DNA of 64,000 nucleotides. Origin: Candidatus Komeilibacteria bacterium (lineage in GTDB: Bacteria; Patescibacteriota; Patescibacteriia; UBA1558). The notes under the pieces were generated by a model. That model made no database searches, was not told the DNA's origin, and saw only the letters and a list, made by a program, of their open reading frames with translations. The translations under genes were made by a program, and so were the position numbers. Where the stretch lies: assembly GCA_048538235.1 (NCBI GenBank), contig JBLYPX010000001.1:392013-456012 (forward strand), in the 5' to 3' direction. This document shows, one piece after another, positions 1-10,487 of this stretch (position 1 is its first letter; each line of letters starts with the position of its first letter).

Positions 1-2
1 AA

Positions 3-857
3 GAGTGGGATAAAAATGTTAATGTTAATTTAATCTCTGTATCTCCTAATAATTCTAAACTAATCTATACAGAAAATAATGTATACAAACTACTACTAGT
101 AGATAATCCATCAATAGATGAAAATATTACAGGACTATCTAAAATATACTGGCAAGATATAGCTTGGGATTCAACTTCAGATAATATACTTTACTCAACT
201 ATTAATAATAATCTATACCAGATAAATATATCTACTATGCCAGCAACTATTACCAATATTGTATACAATATTGTAGATAGCTTCGCACATAATAATAATG
301 TTTACTGGTTTACCAATAGTAAAGATAATAAACAACTGGTATTGAATAAAGCAGATAAAGATTTTAATAATAAAGAACAACTATTACTTCTTCCTTTAAC
401 TACAGATATTGAATATATATCTTCTGATGGACTTGTTTCACTACTAGATAATGTAAATGATTTTCTTTACCTCATAGATTTAAATAAAGATGAAATAGTA
501 GCTAAAGTATTTCCTAATGTAGTAAATGCAGCCTGGTATAGGGTTAACTATGACAAGATACTATACTGGAATAATAATGAGCTATCTGTCTATTACAGAG
601 ATAAACAAGAGAGTCAGTTAATAACAAGAGTTAGTCAACCAATTGTAAATGCTTGGTGGCATCCAAATGGTACTTATGCTTTTTACCAAACAGATACTAA
701 AGTAAATATTGTTGAATTTGATCCAAGGGATAAAAAAAATAACTATGAAATAGTTAGTTTAGATAATAATGATCTATTTATTGTAAATACTAAGGGTGAT
801 GCAATTATCTATTACTCAGCAGACGATAAAACAATATATAAGCAAGAGATTCAATAA
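3..857 (+). CDS. C-terminal part of a secreted repeat (beta-propeller-like) protein; 5' end lies outside the window
   Basis: Frame 3 is open from position 3 with no stop. The ORF track only reports the internal Met at 237. Repetitive aromatic/Asn-rich blades. No catalytic motif recognised. Confidence 0.45.
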   Translation, partial: EWDKNVNVNLISVSPNNSKLIYTENNVYKLLLVDNPSIDENITGLSKIYWQDIAWDSTSDNILYSTINNNLYQINISTMPATITNIVYNIVDSFAHNNNVYWFTNSKDNKQLVLNKADKDFNNKEQLLLLPLTTDIEYISSDGLVSLLDNVNDFLYLIDLNKDEIVAKVFPNVVNAAWYRVNYDKILYWNNNELSVYYRDKQESQLITRVSQPIVNAWWHPNGTYAFYQTDTKVNIVEFDPRDKKNNYEIVSLDNNDLFIVNTKGDAIIYYSADDKTIYKQEIQ

Positions 858-1046
858 TTAATCATCTGTTACTACTATTCTAGTAATAAATAATACTAAT
901 ACTAGAATAAAGTGTATATTTAAATAATAGTGGTTACTTATTAAACCAGGTTTAATAAACTCAAATAATAGAAATAAAAACCAAGTAGTAGCTATTACAA
1001 AGAATAGCTCATCAAATATTAATAATTGTCTTTTAGTTAACTTCAT
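858..1046 (-). CDS. small hydrophobic protein (two predicted TM helices)
   Basis: ATGA start/stop overlap with the upstream gene at 1043-1046 suggests translational coupling. Very hydrophobic 62 aa. Could be spurious. Confidence 0.3.
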   Translation of the reverse strand: MKLTKRQLLIFDELFFVIATTWFLFLLFEFIKPGLISNHYYLNIHFILVLVLFITRIVVTDD

Positions 1047-2395
1047 CTATTTCTCCACCAATATTTAAGATATGCAATAAACTCTGACCATAAACTTTGG
1101 CCAGTTTTTTTATCATAAGTAACCTTTATACTTTCAATGATTAAAGGATTATCTATGGTAGCACCTAATGCACCAATCATAAATCTTAATTTACCATTGC
1201 TAATAGTAGCATTACTCAAGTCAAAAGATATATCATTTACAGACCATTCATTATCTATAATTGGAGTATTATATTTAGCAACTAGAAAATCATAATCTGA
1301 ATCATCTTTAATTCTTTTTACCTTACCTGGAATGCTATCCAATAGATACTCATCATTAAAACTAAACAAACCATCAGAATATATTTGTATACCACCCTTT
1401 GGTATATTTAAATATGTTAATTGATCTAAATCTGTTAAATAATATTTCTTATTAAGCTTATTAATATCTAATTCCTTATCTGCATAATTAATTATTTGTA
1501 AACCTGGATAATCTACAGCCTTAATACGAATAGTACTAGCATTACTCACTAGTGAATAATTATTACTTGCTAAACTTAATTGATTTATAAAATTAATATA
1601 TCTATTAGTACTAATAATACTATTGGTAGTAGCTTTAGTTAGAATATTAACTTTATACAAACCACTAACTAAATTATCTAGTTCTATTAAATAACTACTA
1701 TCCTCTACTTCATCTGTTTGAATTAAATTACCATGACTATCATAAATATTAATATTAACTTTATTTAATTCATTAAAATTAAATTGCATGTCCAAATTAC
1801 TATCTACATACACAAGCATTGTATAATCGCCAACCAAATTTACATTTAATGTTTCTGCTTTCCTGTAATCTGTATAATCTTCAATCTTAAAATCTACATT
1901 GTTTACATTATACTTAGCTATATTATCATTATCTGCTAAACTCTCAATTAATTTATCCTCTGCTACAATTGTTTCATCTTTAGACCAAACAGATATCTCT
2001 TCCATAGATGTTTGATGCCAATTTAAATTATTGAAATCTGTATTATCTAATAACTCTTGTTCATAAGACCAACCATCCCCTGCTTGCAGACCAAGTAATA
2101 CTTCCTGACAACAATCATTTCTATACTTAACTTTAACTTGAACACTATCATATGGAGCTGACATTCTGGTTGTAAAATATACTGGCTCATCAATTATTTG
2201 CCAGCTATTATCTACAATTGTTCTATCTACTGGAAACAATGTGCTAAACTGGGCATTTGTTTTACCTTTATCTATACTAATTGTTTTGTGTCCAGAAAAA
2301 TTAATATCTAGTAGTACAAAAACAAATAACATTGCAATAAATATTATTAAACCACCAAGACGTATTATTAATTTAATTTTTTTATCTGTTAACAT
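1043..2395 (-). CDS. membrane-anchored hypothetical protein (N-terminal TM, large extracytoplasmic domain)
   Basis: 450-aa ORF whose start overlaps the stop of the GT-C transferase gene. N-terminal hydrophobic helix (LIIFIAMLFVFVLL). Confidence 0.55.
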   Translation of the reverse strand: MLTDKKIKLIIRLGGLIIFIAMLFVFVLLDINFSGHKTISIDKGKTNAQFSTLFPVDRTIVDNSWQIIDEPVYFTTRMSAPYDSVQVKVKYRNDCCQEVLLGLQAGDGWSYEQELLDNTDFNNLNWHQTSMEEISVWSKDETIVAEDKLIESLADNDNIAKYNVNNVDFKIEDYTDYRKAETLNVNLVGDYTMLVYVDSNLDMQFNFNELNKVNINIYDSHGNLIQTDEVEDSSYLIELDNLVSGLYKVNILTKATTNSIISTNRYINFINQLSLASNNYSLVSNASTIRIKAVDYPGLQIINYADKELDINKLNKKYYLTDLDQLTYLNIPKGGIQIYSDGLFSFNDEYLLDSIPGKVKRIKDDSDYDFLVAKYNTPIIDNEWSVNDISFDLSNATISNGKLRFMIGALGATIDNPLIIESIKVTYDKKTGQSLWSEFIAYLKYWWRNR

Positions 2396-3998
2396 TTTGA
2401 ATACTATATAGTCTCATATTATTATACATTACATCCAGAGGAATAGCCTCTAAATTAAACTTATTATAATATGTTGTGTTTATATAACTGACAGCAGCCT
2501 CATCATGTTGCCAATCCCATAAGTATACTGGATTGTGCTCAACTAACTCTGCTACCCTTTCATAATCTACATCATAGAACAGATCATAAATAACTGTTCG
2601 TTTAGGAAAGAATACTTTATCGCTCTTTTTGGCAATAATAACAGCATTATCTTCTGTATTTTGAACAACTGTATCTGACATTAACTGGTAATTATTTATT
2701 GTATTTTTAATAGCTAATATTCCTTCTTGTTTATCTTGGTAAACATCTTTGTATGAAAAACCAGCTACCACAATAAGAATAGATATGCATATAAGTGACC
2801 AAGCAAGGGTAGACTTTCTAAATAGCCTACTTATTGGAATAGCAATAAGTGGTAATAATAATATATATATTGGTAACCAATAACGTACAAATGATGTACC
2901 AATGGTAACAGCTTTAGGATTTGGGTTATCGCTAAATTGCCAACTACCATAATATATAACTAGTATACCTGAAATAACAGCCAGTAAGATTAAGAAAGCA
3001 AGTAATCTTAATCTATATTTTTTATTAGACTTATACAGACTAATAAATATTAAAACAAAACCAATAATAGTTAAAATATAGTGCCAATTAAATATATCTC
3101 TAAAATACTGCAATACATGTAATTTAATAACAGCTATATTAAAACCAAAGGGTAATAAATATGGTAGCCAATTAAAATTAGATATATTTACACCAGGAGC
3201 TAATTGATAACCTAAACTAAAAACCTGACCAAATAATATATTATTATAATAAAACATTGGTAACATACCAGCGATTGTAAAAACTGGTGTTAACCAAACA
3301 GATGTCCAATTAATTTTCTTGAAATAATATAGACACAATAAAACAAACAAAGGTAAAACCCATACTATCTCAGCAGCTCTAACCATTAAAGATAAACCTA
3401 CTAAAATACCAGATACTATATACCAAATATTTCTTTCTTTATAGATAGCTTTTAGAAAGAAATATATTCCTATTATTAATAAACTTAAAAATAAAACATT
3501 AGGCATCATACTGCGAGTAGCATAATACCAAAAAGCTGGATGCAAAAGTAAAAGGCTTGCGCTTAAAAAACTAGCTTTTTCCGAGAATAGAAATCTTAAT
3601 GATAAATAGAAAAATATTACAGCCAGAGCTGCAAAAAAAGGTGTTAAGAATGGAATAATACTACTACTACCAAATAGCTTAGCAATCATGCCATAAAACC
3701 ATGGCATCCCCAAAAAACCAGTTGGTACTAAATAATTATCTATTATCCTTAATGATCTTGGCGCTGTTATATCTCCCGCATAAAGTGAAGTATCTGAGAA
3801 CTCTGTGAAGTTACCATTGTTATAAAAAGTATTAGCTGCCCAATAATTAGCAGTCTCATCTGGTGAGTTAAATATAATATTACCACCATTAAAGGTAGCG
3901 TAGGATAAATAACTATAGATACCAAAAAAAACAAGTGCTAGCAAACAAAGCACTGCTAAATAATTATCTAATTGCCTGATTTTACTCAAAGCTTTCAT
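2382..3998 (-). CDS. GT-C fold glycosyltransferase, ArnT/PMT-like (GT39/GT83-type, polyprenyl-phosphate-sugar dependent)
   Basis: 538 aa, about 12 predicted TM helices. The periplasmic loop/aromatic-rich architecture is typical of 4-amino-arabinose/mannosyl transferases. Sits in a glycosylation locus. Confidence 0.65.
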   Translation of the reverse strand: MKALSKIRQLDNYLAVLCLLALVFFGIYSYLSYATFNGGNIIFNSPDETANYWAANTFYNNGNFTEFSDTSLYAGDITAPRSLRIIDNYLVPTGFLGMPWFYGMIAKLFGSSSIIPFLTPFFAALAVIFFYLSLRFLFSEKASFLSASLLLLHPAFWYYATRSMMPNVLFLSLLIIGIYFFLKAIYKERNIWYIVSGILVGLSLMVRAAEIVWVLPLFVLLCLYYFKKINWTSVWLTPVFTIAGMLPMFYYNNILFGQVFSLGYQLAPGVNISNFNWLPYLLPFGFNIAVIKLHVLQYFRDIFNWHYILTIIGFVLIFISLYKSNKKYRLRLLAFLILLAVISGILVIYYGSWQFSDNPNPKAVTIGTSFVRYWLPIYILLLPLIAIPISRLFRKSTLAWSLICISILIVVAGFSYKDVYQDKQEGILAIKNTINNYQLMSDTVVQNTEDNAVIIAKKSDKVFFPKRTVIYDLFYDVDYERVAELVEHNPVYLWDWQHDEAAVSYINTTYYNKFNLEAIPLDVMYNNMRLYSIQNVNR

Positions 3999-4057
3999 AA
4001 CGGTATTATAGCAGATTATGTCTTATTTTATTAGTCTAAATGTGCTAAAATTATATC

Positions 4058-6145
4058 ATGAATATTAAGATTGGTTTACAACACTATATTTTAGCAGGAC
4101 TAGTACTTTTAACTTTGTCATTGCTAATTAATTTTATACCTTTAATACAAATTATTATTGGTCTTTTATTGATTGATTTGCTGTCTACAGCTTATGGTCA
4201 AATAATATCTCCGGATGCTGGTATTGTATATAAATGGATTATTGGTTTTATAGCTCTTATCTGTTTATTAATAATCGGTGGTGCTTTATTAATCTATTTA
4301 CTATCTGTTAATACTTTAAGTATAGCTGCTCTGTGGTTATTATTGTTTTTAATACCAATAATTATTTGGCGAAAACAGGATACAATTTTAGAACTTAATA
4401 TTGAAAAATATTCTTTTGATTATAAAAAGATAATTTTACCATTTATCTTTATCATATTATCTGGCTTTGCTTTTTATTTCATAATACAAGGATCAACTAC
4501 TGATGTTATTTATTCTGTTTGGTCAAACATTTCTAATTACCTTGTATATATTTATTTTGCTTTAAGTATTCTTTTGCTGATTCTTATTAATAAAGCCAAG
4601 GGTTCTGTTTGGGGGCTTTATACCGGTATCTTTATTTTTATTTCTACTGCCCTGGGTGCTTTACTATATAAGCTGGGCTTTGGTTTTGACTTTCACATTC
4701 ATACAGCTACAACCACTCACATCTGGGAATATGGCACTATTTCACCTAAACCACTTTACTATATTGGCTATTACTCTTTAATCTTAAACTTTAAATGGTT
4801 ACTTGGTATTTCTTTAACCTTTTTAAATAAATTTCTAGTACCAATAATTTTTGCTGGAGCTATTCCTTCAATAATCTATTACAGTCTTTATACTAGCTTT
4901 GATTTTAGAAAAGTAATCTTTAAATATTTACCTTTAAGTTTACTGTTAATCCCCTATTCATTATTTACATTTTCTACACCACAATCATTAGCTAATGCTT
5001 TATTCATAATCTTAATAGCTTTATCTTTAATCTATTCATTTAAAAAAGATATTAATATTAAAGTATTATGGCTTGCTAGCATTGCTATCTGTTTTATTCA
5101 TCCAATAACTGGCGTACCAGCTTTTCTTTTAACTTTATTTATTAGTTTAAAGGAATGGCGCTTATCTAATTATATTATTGGCAAACAAAGACAGATACTA
5201 TTTGGCTTAATTGTAACCTTGGGTGTATTTGTATTACCTATTTTGTTTTTTATTAACTCTTATCTAAACGGTAATAGTATTAACTGGCAATTGCCCGCTC
5301 TTCATTTAAACTTACCACATTTGAATAACTATATTTCCTTTTTTGACTTTATATATAATTTTACCTGGCTATTACCACTTATTGTTATTATCTTAACCAT
5401 TACCGGCATTATATATATTTACAGAATGAAAAGAATGCCTCAGTTCTTTGAATATGCTTTATTATTATTAATTCTATGTATTAACTATATTTGGCTTAAA
5501 TACTTTATTAACTTTAACTTCCTTATTGACTATGAAAGGCTTAATTATGCAAATAGGTTAAAGGATTTAATCTTTATTTCTGCTTTACCATTTTTATTCA
5601 TTCCTTTAAGTATTTTTATAGATAAAGTATTAAATAGTAGGTTTTTGTATAAAGTATTTACTGTTGTCTTGGTAAGTATAATTTTAACATCAACCTTTTA
5701 CTTATCTTATCCTAGAAGAGATACTTATTCATACAATAAATCATTAAACACTTCTGCTAATGATTTTGCTATTGTTAAAACTATAGATGATTCTACTTCA
5801 GAAGATTATGTAGTACTGGCTAATCAGGCAGTAGCAGCTGCTGCTTTAAACACCTTTGGTTTTTCTAAATACTATAATACAAATATATATTACTACCCTA
5901 TTCCAACCTCTGGGCCTTTGTACCAAATATATTTAGATGCTATATACCAAAGACAAACAATAGATAATATATTAAGCTCTACTTCAGATTTAACTGGAGT
6001 AAATAATATATATTTAGTTGTTAATAATTATTGGACAAATGCTTTAAGCTTAATTGATTCGTATAAAAAAACTGCTACCAATTGGCAACAGTTAAATGAT
6101 GACTATATTTTCTATTATAATTTAGCAGATAATGTATCCCAATAA
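4058..6145 (+). CDS. large polytopic membrane protein, possible second GT-C-like transferase
   Basis: 695 aa. About 500 aa of repeated hydrophobic helices followed by a ~190 aa soluble C-terminal domain. Divergent from the ArnT-like gene. One of the few plus-strand genes. Confidence 0.5.
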   Translation: MNIKIGLQHYILAGLVLLTLSLLINFIPLIQIIIGLLLIDLLSTAYGQIISPDAGIVYKWIIGFIALICLLIIGGALLIYLLSVNTLSIAALWLLLFLIPIIIWRKQDTILELNIEKYSFDYKKIILPFIFIILSGFAFYFIIQGSTTDVIYSVWSNISNYLVYIYFALSILLLILINKAKGSVWGLYTGIFIFISTALGALLYKLGFGFDFHIHTATTTHIWEYGTISPKPLYYIGYYSLILNFKWLLGISLTFLNKFLVPIIFAGAIPSIIYYSLYTSFDFRKVIFKYLPLSLLLIPYSLFTFSTPQSLANALFIILIALSLIYSFKKDINIKVLWLASIAICFIHPITGVPAFLLTLFISLKEWRLSNYIIGKQRQILFGLIVTLGVFVLPILFFINSYLNGNSINWQLPALHLNLPHLNNYISFFDFIYNFTWLLPLIVIILTITGIIYIYRMKRMPQFFEYALLLLILCINYIWLKYFINFNFLIDYERLNYANRLKDLIFISALPFLFIPLSIFIDKVLNSRFLYKVFTVVLVSIILTSTFYLSYPRRDTYSYNKSLNTSANDFAIVKTIDDSTSEDYVVLANQAVAAAALNTFGFSKYYNTNIYYYPIPTSGPLYQIYLDAIYQRQTIDNILSSTSDLTGVNNIYLVVNNYWTNALSLIDSYKKTATNWQQLNDDYIFYYNLADNVSQ

Positions 6146-7284
6146 TCTTTAACTGACATACCATAATCTACATTTGCAGATCTGAGCTTATGGCTCAGTT
6201 TTCTATTTGCATAAACTTTTAATTGTTCAACTAGATCATCTACATTACCAGGTTCAAATAAATAATCTCCTTTATGTATATCTAATAATTCTGGTATACC
6301 ACCAATATTTGATCCAATTACAGATACACCTAAAGTCTTTGCTATTCTAATAGCTGTTGGACTATTCTCATAACATAAAGAAGGTACTACAGCTAAATCA
6401 TATTGACTCATAACTTTTGGCCAATCATTAAAGTCTGGCCATTCATATATATTTACATTAGCGTAATCAGAAATTTTATTCTGTAAAGAGCCTCTACCCC
6501 AGACATCTAATAATATTTTATGTTCTGCTCCTTTATTATATTTTTTAACAGCTTCAAGTAATGTAATAATCCCTTTATGTGTTTCAAATTGTCCTGAGAA
6601 CATTATTCTCAACTCACTGCTTTCTTTTCTATCTACTCTTACTAACTCGTTCAAAGGATTAAGTATTTGTATGCACTTACAATTTATAAATAATTTCTTG
6701 TCTTTGTATAGATCTAATAACCACTGAGAAGGACTAATCAGTAAATCTGGCATTGCTACAATCTTTCTTACCAGTCTTACATAAATACTCCTAGCTAATC
6801 TGTATATTATATTTAATCTTTTCTTGTAAATTAATAATCCTGAAGGATCATAATATTGAACATCGTGTATAGTTAACCAAAATGTAGATTTAAATTCACT
6901 AGCTACTTTAGTTAATCCATAGCCTAATCCTTTTAAGTTATGCCCCCAAATTAAGTCCGGCTTTATATCTTCAATTATATCCTTAAATAGTCTACTAGAT
7001 TTAACCGCCTTTACATCATTATAGTGCCAAAAAAGCCTCAAAAATGGTCCTAATTTGCTTAAATCAGCAAAGGAGCGGGAGTTATACCCCCCAAGCCTAA
7101 ATATCTCTATTTTACCTTGTTTCTCTCTTAATATATTTGGCTTATTATATTGCTTAGGATCAGACGTAATAATATATACAGAGTGCCCTTGAGCACTCAA
7201 ATATTCTGCTAATATTTCTACTATTATTTCAGCTCCGCCTCTAGCATATGGTTTGTATAGACTATTAACTAAACAAATCTTCAT
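6115..7284 (-). CDS. glycosyltransferase family 4 (GT-B fold)
   Basis: N-terminal KICLVNSLYKPYARGGAE and C-terminal E-x7-E-type donor-binding region typical of GT4. Confidence 0.8.
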   Translation of the reverse strand: MKICLVNSLYKPYARGGAEIIVEILAEYLSAQGHSVYIITSDPKQYNKPNILREKQGKIEIFRLGGYNSRSFADLSKLGPFLRLFWHYNDVKAVKSSRLFKDIIEDIKPDLIWGHNLKGLGYGLTKVASEFKSTFWLTIHDVQYYDPSGLLIYKKRLNIIYRLARSIYVRLVRKIVAMPDLLISPSQWLLDLYKDKKLFINCKCIQILNPLNELVRVDRKESSELRIMFSGQFETHKGIITLLEAVKKYNKGAEHKILLDVWGRGSLQNKISDYANVNIYEWPDFNDWPKVMSQYDLAVVPSLCYENSPTAIRIAKTLGVSVIGSNIGGIPELLDIHKGDYLFEPGNVDDLVEQLKVYANRKLSHKLRSANVDYGMSVKDYWDTLSAKL

Positions 7285-8432
7285 AATGTTTTATATAGCT
7301 TATCTAAATCTCTACCAATAGCTTCCCAGCTATATTTCTTTATTGTTCTTTTGTAACCATAGTCTGCATACTCTTCAACCAGCTCTGGTTGATCAAGTAG
7401 ATAATCTAATTTAGCTCTTAATGATTCAACATCTCCTGGTTCTGCTAACTCACCTGTTTTACCTTCAACTACAACTGATCTAACACCTGGTAAATTAGTA
7501 GCTACTACTGCAGTCCTACAAGCCATAGATTCAACTAGCACTATACCAAAAGCTTCACCCTTGGTAATTGATGGCAATATTGTTAAGTATGAATTACGAT
7601 AGTAGGATAACAAACATTGATCATCACAATTTGTTCTAAAGTTAACTTTATCCTCTAACCTGTATTCATAGGCTAGCTTCTTGTAATGATCTACCATATC
7701 TCCATTACCAATTACATTTAATTGCCAATTAGTTTGCTTACAGTCTTTTAAGCTTTCTAGTAAAACTTCTAAACCTTTAAAGTAATGAGCTTTATCTAAA
7801 GCACCAACAAATAATAGTTTCTTATTCTTATTATTATATTTATTTTTACTTGTATCTTTTGCTGTATAGAAATTTGTATCTACCCCATTTGGTATTTCTA
7901 CCATTTTGTGAGTAGTTCTTCTTAACCACCAAGATGATCTACAATTTAATGCATAATCTTCTGAATGAACAACTACCTTGTCTGCTAACTTTAACATCTG
8001 AGGAAGAATAAAGTATCTATTAAATCTAAATATTAAATCCTTAAGACCATGAGCAAAGTTATCCATATGGTAATGGATAATTAATTTCTTCTTAGGAAAC
8101 AAAAGCCTAGCAAAAAAGATTGAAGTTGCTACGCCATAAAAAGGATAATGTAAATGATAAACATCATACTTTCTTAATCTATAAAAAAGCCAAGGAAGCA
8201 TGGCTGCATTACCAACTTCTAAAAACGGTACAATCCTATGAATCTTTAAACCATCTACTTCTTCTTTACTCTTTAAATCTTGTAAGTATTTATACTTTGG
8301 GGTAATAACTGTTACATCATAGCCATATTTAACAGCTTCTTTAGCATCCTCTAAAGCAACTTTACCCATTCCCCCTCTATATGGTGGAAAAGTACAAACT
8401 AAATGTGCAATTTTTAATTTTTTGTTTACCAT
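7281..8432 (-). CDS. glycosyltransferase family 4
   Basis: LKIAHLVCTFPPYRGGMG N-terminus and GEAFGIVLVESMACRTAVVATNLPG donor-binding motif. Confidence 0.8.
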   Translation of the reverse strand: MVNKKLKIAHLVCTFPPYRGGMGKVALEDAKEAVKYGYDVTVITPKYKYLQDLKSKEEVDGLKIHRIVPFLEVGNAAMLPWLFYRLRKYDVYHLHYPFYGVATSIFFARLLFPKKKLIIHYHMDNFAHGLKDLIFRFNRYFILPQMLKLADKVVVHSEDYALNCRSSWWLRRTTHKMVEIPNGVDTNFYTAKDTSKNKYNNKNKKLLFVGALDKAHYFKGLEVLLESLKDCKQTNWQLNVIGNGDMVDHYKKLAYEYRLEDKVNFRTNCDDQCLLSYYRNSYLTILPSITKGEAFGIVLVESMACRTAVVATNLPGVRSVVVEGKTGELAEPGDVESLRAKLDYLLDQPELVEEYADYGYKRTIKKYSWEAIGRDLDKLYKTL

Positions 8433-9505
8433 CTTACAATAGCAGTTAATATTTTAAGATATACCTTGAATATTGGGTTAGCAATATATATTAATAGTGG
8501 ATTATCTAATTGTTGAAAAAGTATTACACCAGTAAATTTTTTTAGCATTTCATGGTCAGAGACCTTTCTTATCTTAGCTTGCTTTCTTCTATGCCTACCA
8601 ATTCTGTGCCAAACATCTGGATTTGTAAAATATATATATGAGGCTATCTTTTTTCCTAAGTATTTATTCTTAGCTGCAAATAATAGTTGCCCAACTTCCA
8701 TAATACATAGTGCTGGGATAAGTAATACAAAGGTTAATGTTTTGTAATTCCTTAATAATGTTAATAATCTATTACGTTCAAAATAATAAACCTGCTTCAT
8801 TGAACGATCAAACTCATACTTATGGTAAACAATACTTGTTGGTTGCATTACACATCTATATCCAGCAATCCAAAGACGCCAACCAATATCTAAATCCTCA
8901 ATATACATAAACATAGCGTCATCAAACAAACCAATCTTCTTTAAAGCTTCAACTCTTAATAATACAGCTGCTCCTGATGGATAATTTATTTCCCTCACCT
9001 TATTATACTGACCAGTATCCTCTACACCACTTCCCTCACCATAACCAAATCCTAAGAAATGTATCCTATTACCAACTGTATTAAATTTACCCTTATCTGA
9101 GTAAAGATAAAGTTTAGACTGTACTGCTCCAATTGTCTTGTCTTGCTCTGCTAGCTCAACCACTTCTTTTAACCAATCAGGAGTTACTTCTGTATCTTGA
9201 TTAAGTAAATAGACATAATCATAACCATTTGCAATAGCATATTCCATACCAATATTATTACCCTCTGCAAAACCAGTATTTCTATCCTGTAATAATAGCT
9301 TAATCTCTGGATAATTATCTTTAGTATATTGAATTGAATTATCTGTAGAATTATTATCTACCATTATTATTTGCCAATCATTTTCTGGATAATCTGTTTT
9401 CTTTAAAGAATTAAAAAGATCTGGCAAATACTTTTGCCCGTTATAGTTTACAATAATAACGGCAACTTTAGGCATCCTTTGTTTTCTCCACTTCTTCAAT
9501 ACCAA
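8426..9505 (-). CDS. glycosyltransferase family 2
   Basis: VAVIIVNYNG...MVDNNSTDNS and DxD region (YIEDLD) typical of GT2. Confidence 0.8.
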   Translation of the reverse strand: MVLKKWRKQRMPKVAVIIVNYNGQKYLPDLFNSLKKTDYPENDWQIIMVDNNSTDNSIQYTKDNYPEIKLLLQDRNTGFAEGNNIGMEYAIANGYDYVYLLNQDTEVTPDWLKEVVELAEQDKTIGAVQSKLYLYSDKGKFNTVGNRIHFLGFGYGEGSGVEDTGQYNKVREINYPSGAAVLLRVEALKKIGLFDDAMFMYIEDLDIGWRLWIAGYRCVMQPTSIVYHKYEFDRSMKQVYYFERNRLLTLLRNYKTLTFVLLIPALCIMEVGQLLFAAKNKYLGKKIASYIYFTNPDVWHRIGRHRRKQAKIRKVSDHEMLKKFTGVILFQQLDNPLLIYIANPIFKVYLKILTAIVRW

Positions 9506-9806
9506 CTTTTCTAACTACTTTGGTAATATCTGAAGATAATTTATCTATTGTTAAATACATTCTGAATAGCATATAGAACATTACAAGGATGGCAGCATAA
9601 ATAATTAAATCTGCACCTCTACCTATTCCTAAAGCATTAGCTAAATAATTTGTAGATTCTGGATACCAGAATACTATTAGAACAATTAGCCACATAATAC
9701 CCCAAGTAAAAGCTTGTCCTAAAGTTAATTTATTAGCTCTCTTTCTATTTACAATAACAGATAAGGCAATAATTACTAAAATTGTAATAATAATTTGTAA
9801 TAACAT
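9468..9806 (-). CDS. small membrane protein, DUF2304-like (commonly paired with GT2 genes)
   Basis: 112 aa, 3 TM helices. Position between two GT2 genes. Confidence 0.45.
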   Translation of the reverse strand: MLLQIIITILVIIALSVIVNRKRANKLTLGQAFTWGIMWLIVLIVFWYPESTNYLANALGIGRGADLIIYAAILVMFYMLFRMYLTIDKLSSDITKVVRKVGIEEVEKTKDA

Positions 9807-9809
9807 ATA

Positions 9810-10487
9810 TTAATTTAACTTTTTAATAATAAGATCAAACAATATTTTAAAACCAGCAGATAAACCTAAACCAAATTTAGTATAGATAATCTTTACTGGC
9901 ACCTCTTCATATTTTAAAGATAACTTTCTAATCATAGCTGGTATTTCTGTATTATGGGCAAAACCATCAATACTAATATACATTTTCTTAGCTGTCTCAG
10001 CAGTAACTGCTCTAAAACCATTATGTACATCTGTCAGCCAAAGGCCAGTGAATAGAAAATTAATAATCCTAGCTGGTGGTTGTAGAATATATTTTTTTAG
10101 CCAAGGTAAATTAGAATTAACACCCATATGCCTTGAACCCATAGTAATATCTGCTCTGCCAGCAATTAATGGTTCTAGCATTTTATCTATATCCTCTATT
10201 TGCATTTGGCCATCACCATCAAAATGTACAATATATTCAGCGCCCATACTTAAAGCAAACTCATTACCAGTTTGTAAAGCTGCACCCATCCCTCTATTAA
10301 TGAAATGATTCACTAAATAAACACCGCTGTATTGTCTTACAATACTAGCGGTATTATCTGTAGAGCCATCATTAACAACTACTACTGTATAATTATAATC
10401 CTTAAATCTATCTAAGACTGCACCAATATTCTTTGCCTCATTCAATACCGGGATTACAACAAATATTTTATTCAAATTTTGTGTCAT
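9810..10487 (-). CDS. GT2 polyprenyl-phosphate glycosyl synthase (GtrB/ArnC/DPM1-like)
   Basis: IFVVIPVLNEAKNI...VVVVNDGSTDNT. Size (225 aa) and motifs match dolichol/undecaprenyl-phosphate sugar synthases. Confidence 0.75.
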   Translation of the reverse strand: MTQNLNKIFVVIPVLNEAKNIGAVLDRFKDYNYTVVVVNDGSTDNTASIVRQYSGVYLVNHFINRGMGAALQTGNEFALSMGAEYIVHFDGDGQMQIEDIDKMLEPLIAGRADITMGSRHMGVNSNLPWLKKYILQPPARIINFLFTGLWLTDVHNGFRAVTAETAKKMYISIDGFAHNTEIPAMIRKLSLKYEEVPVKIIYTKFGLGLSAGFKILFDLIIKKLN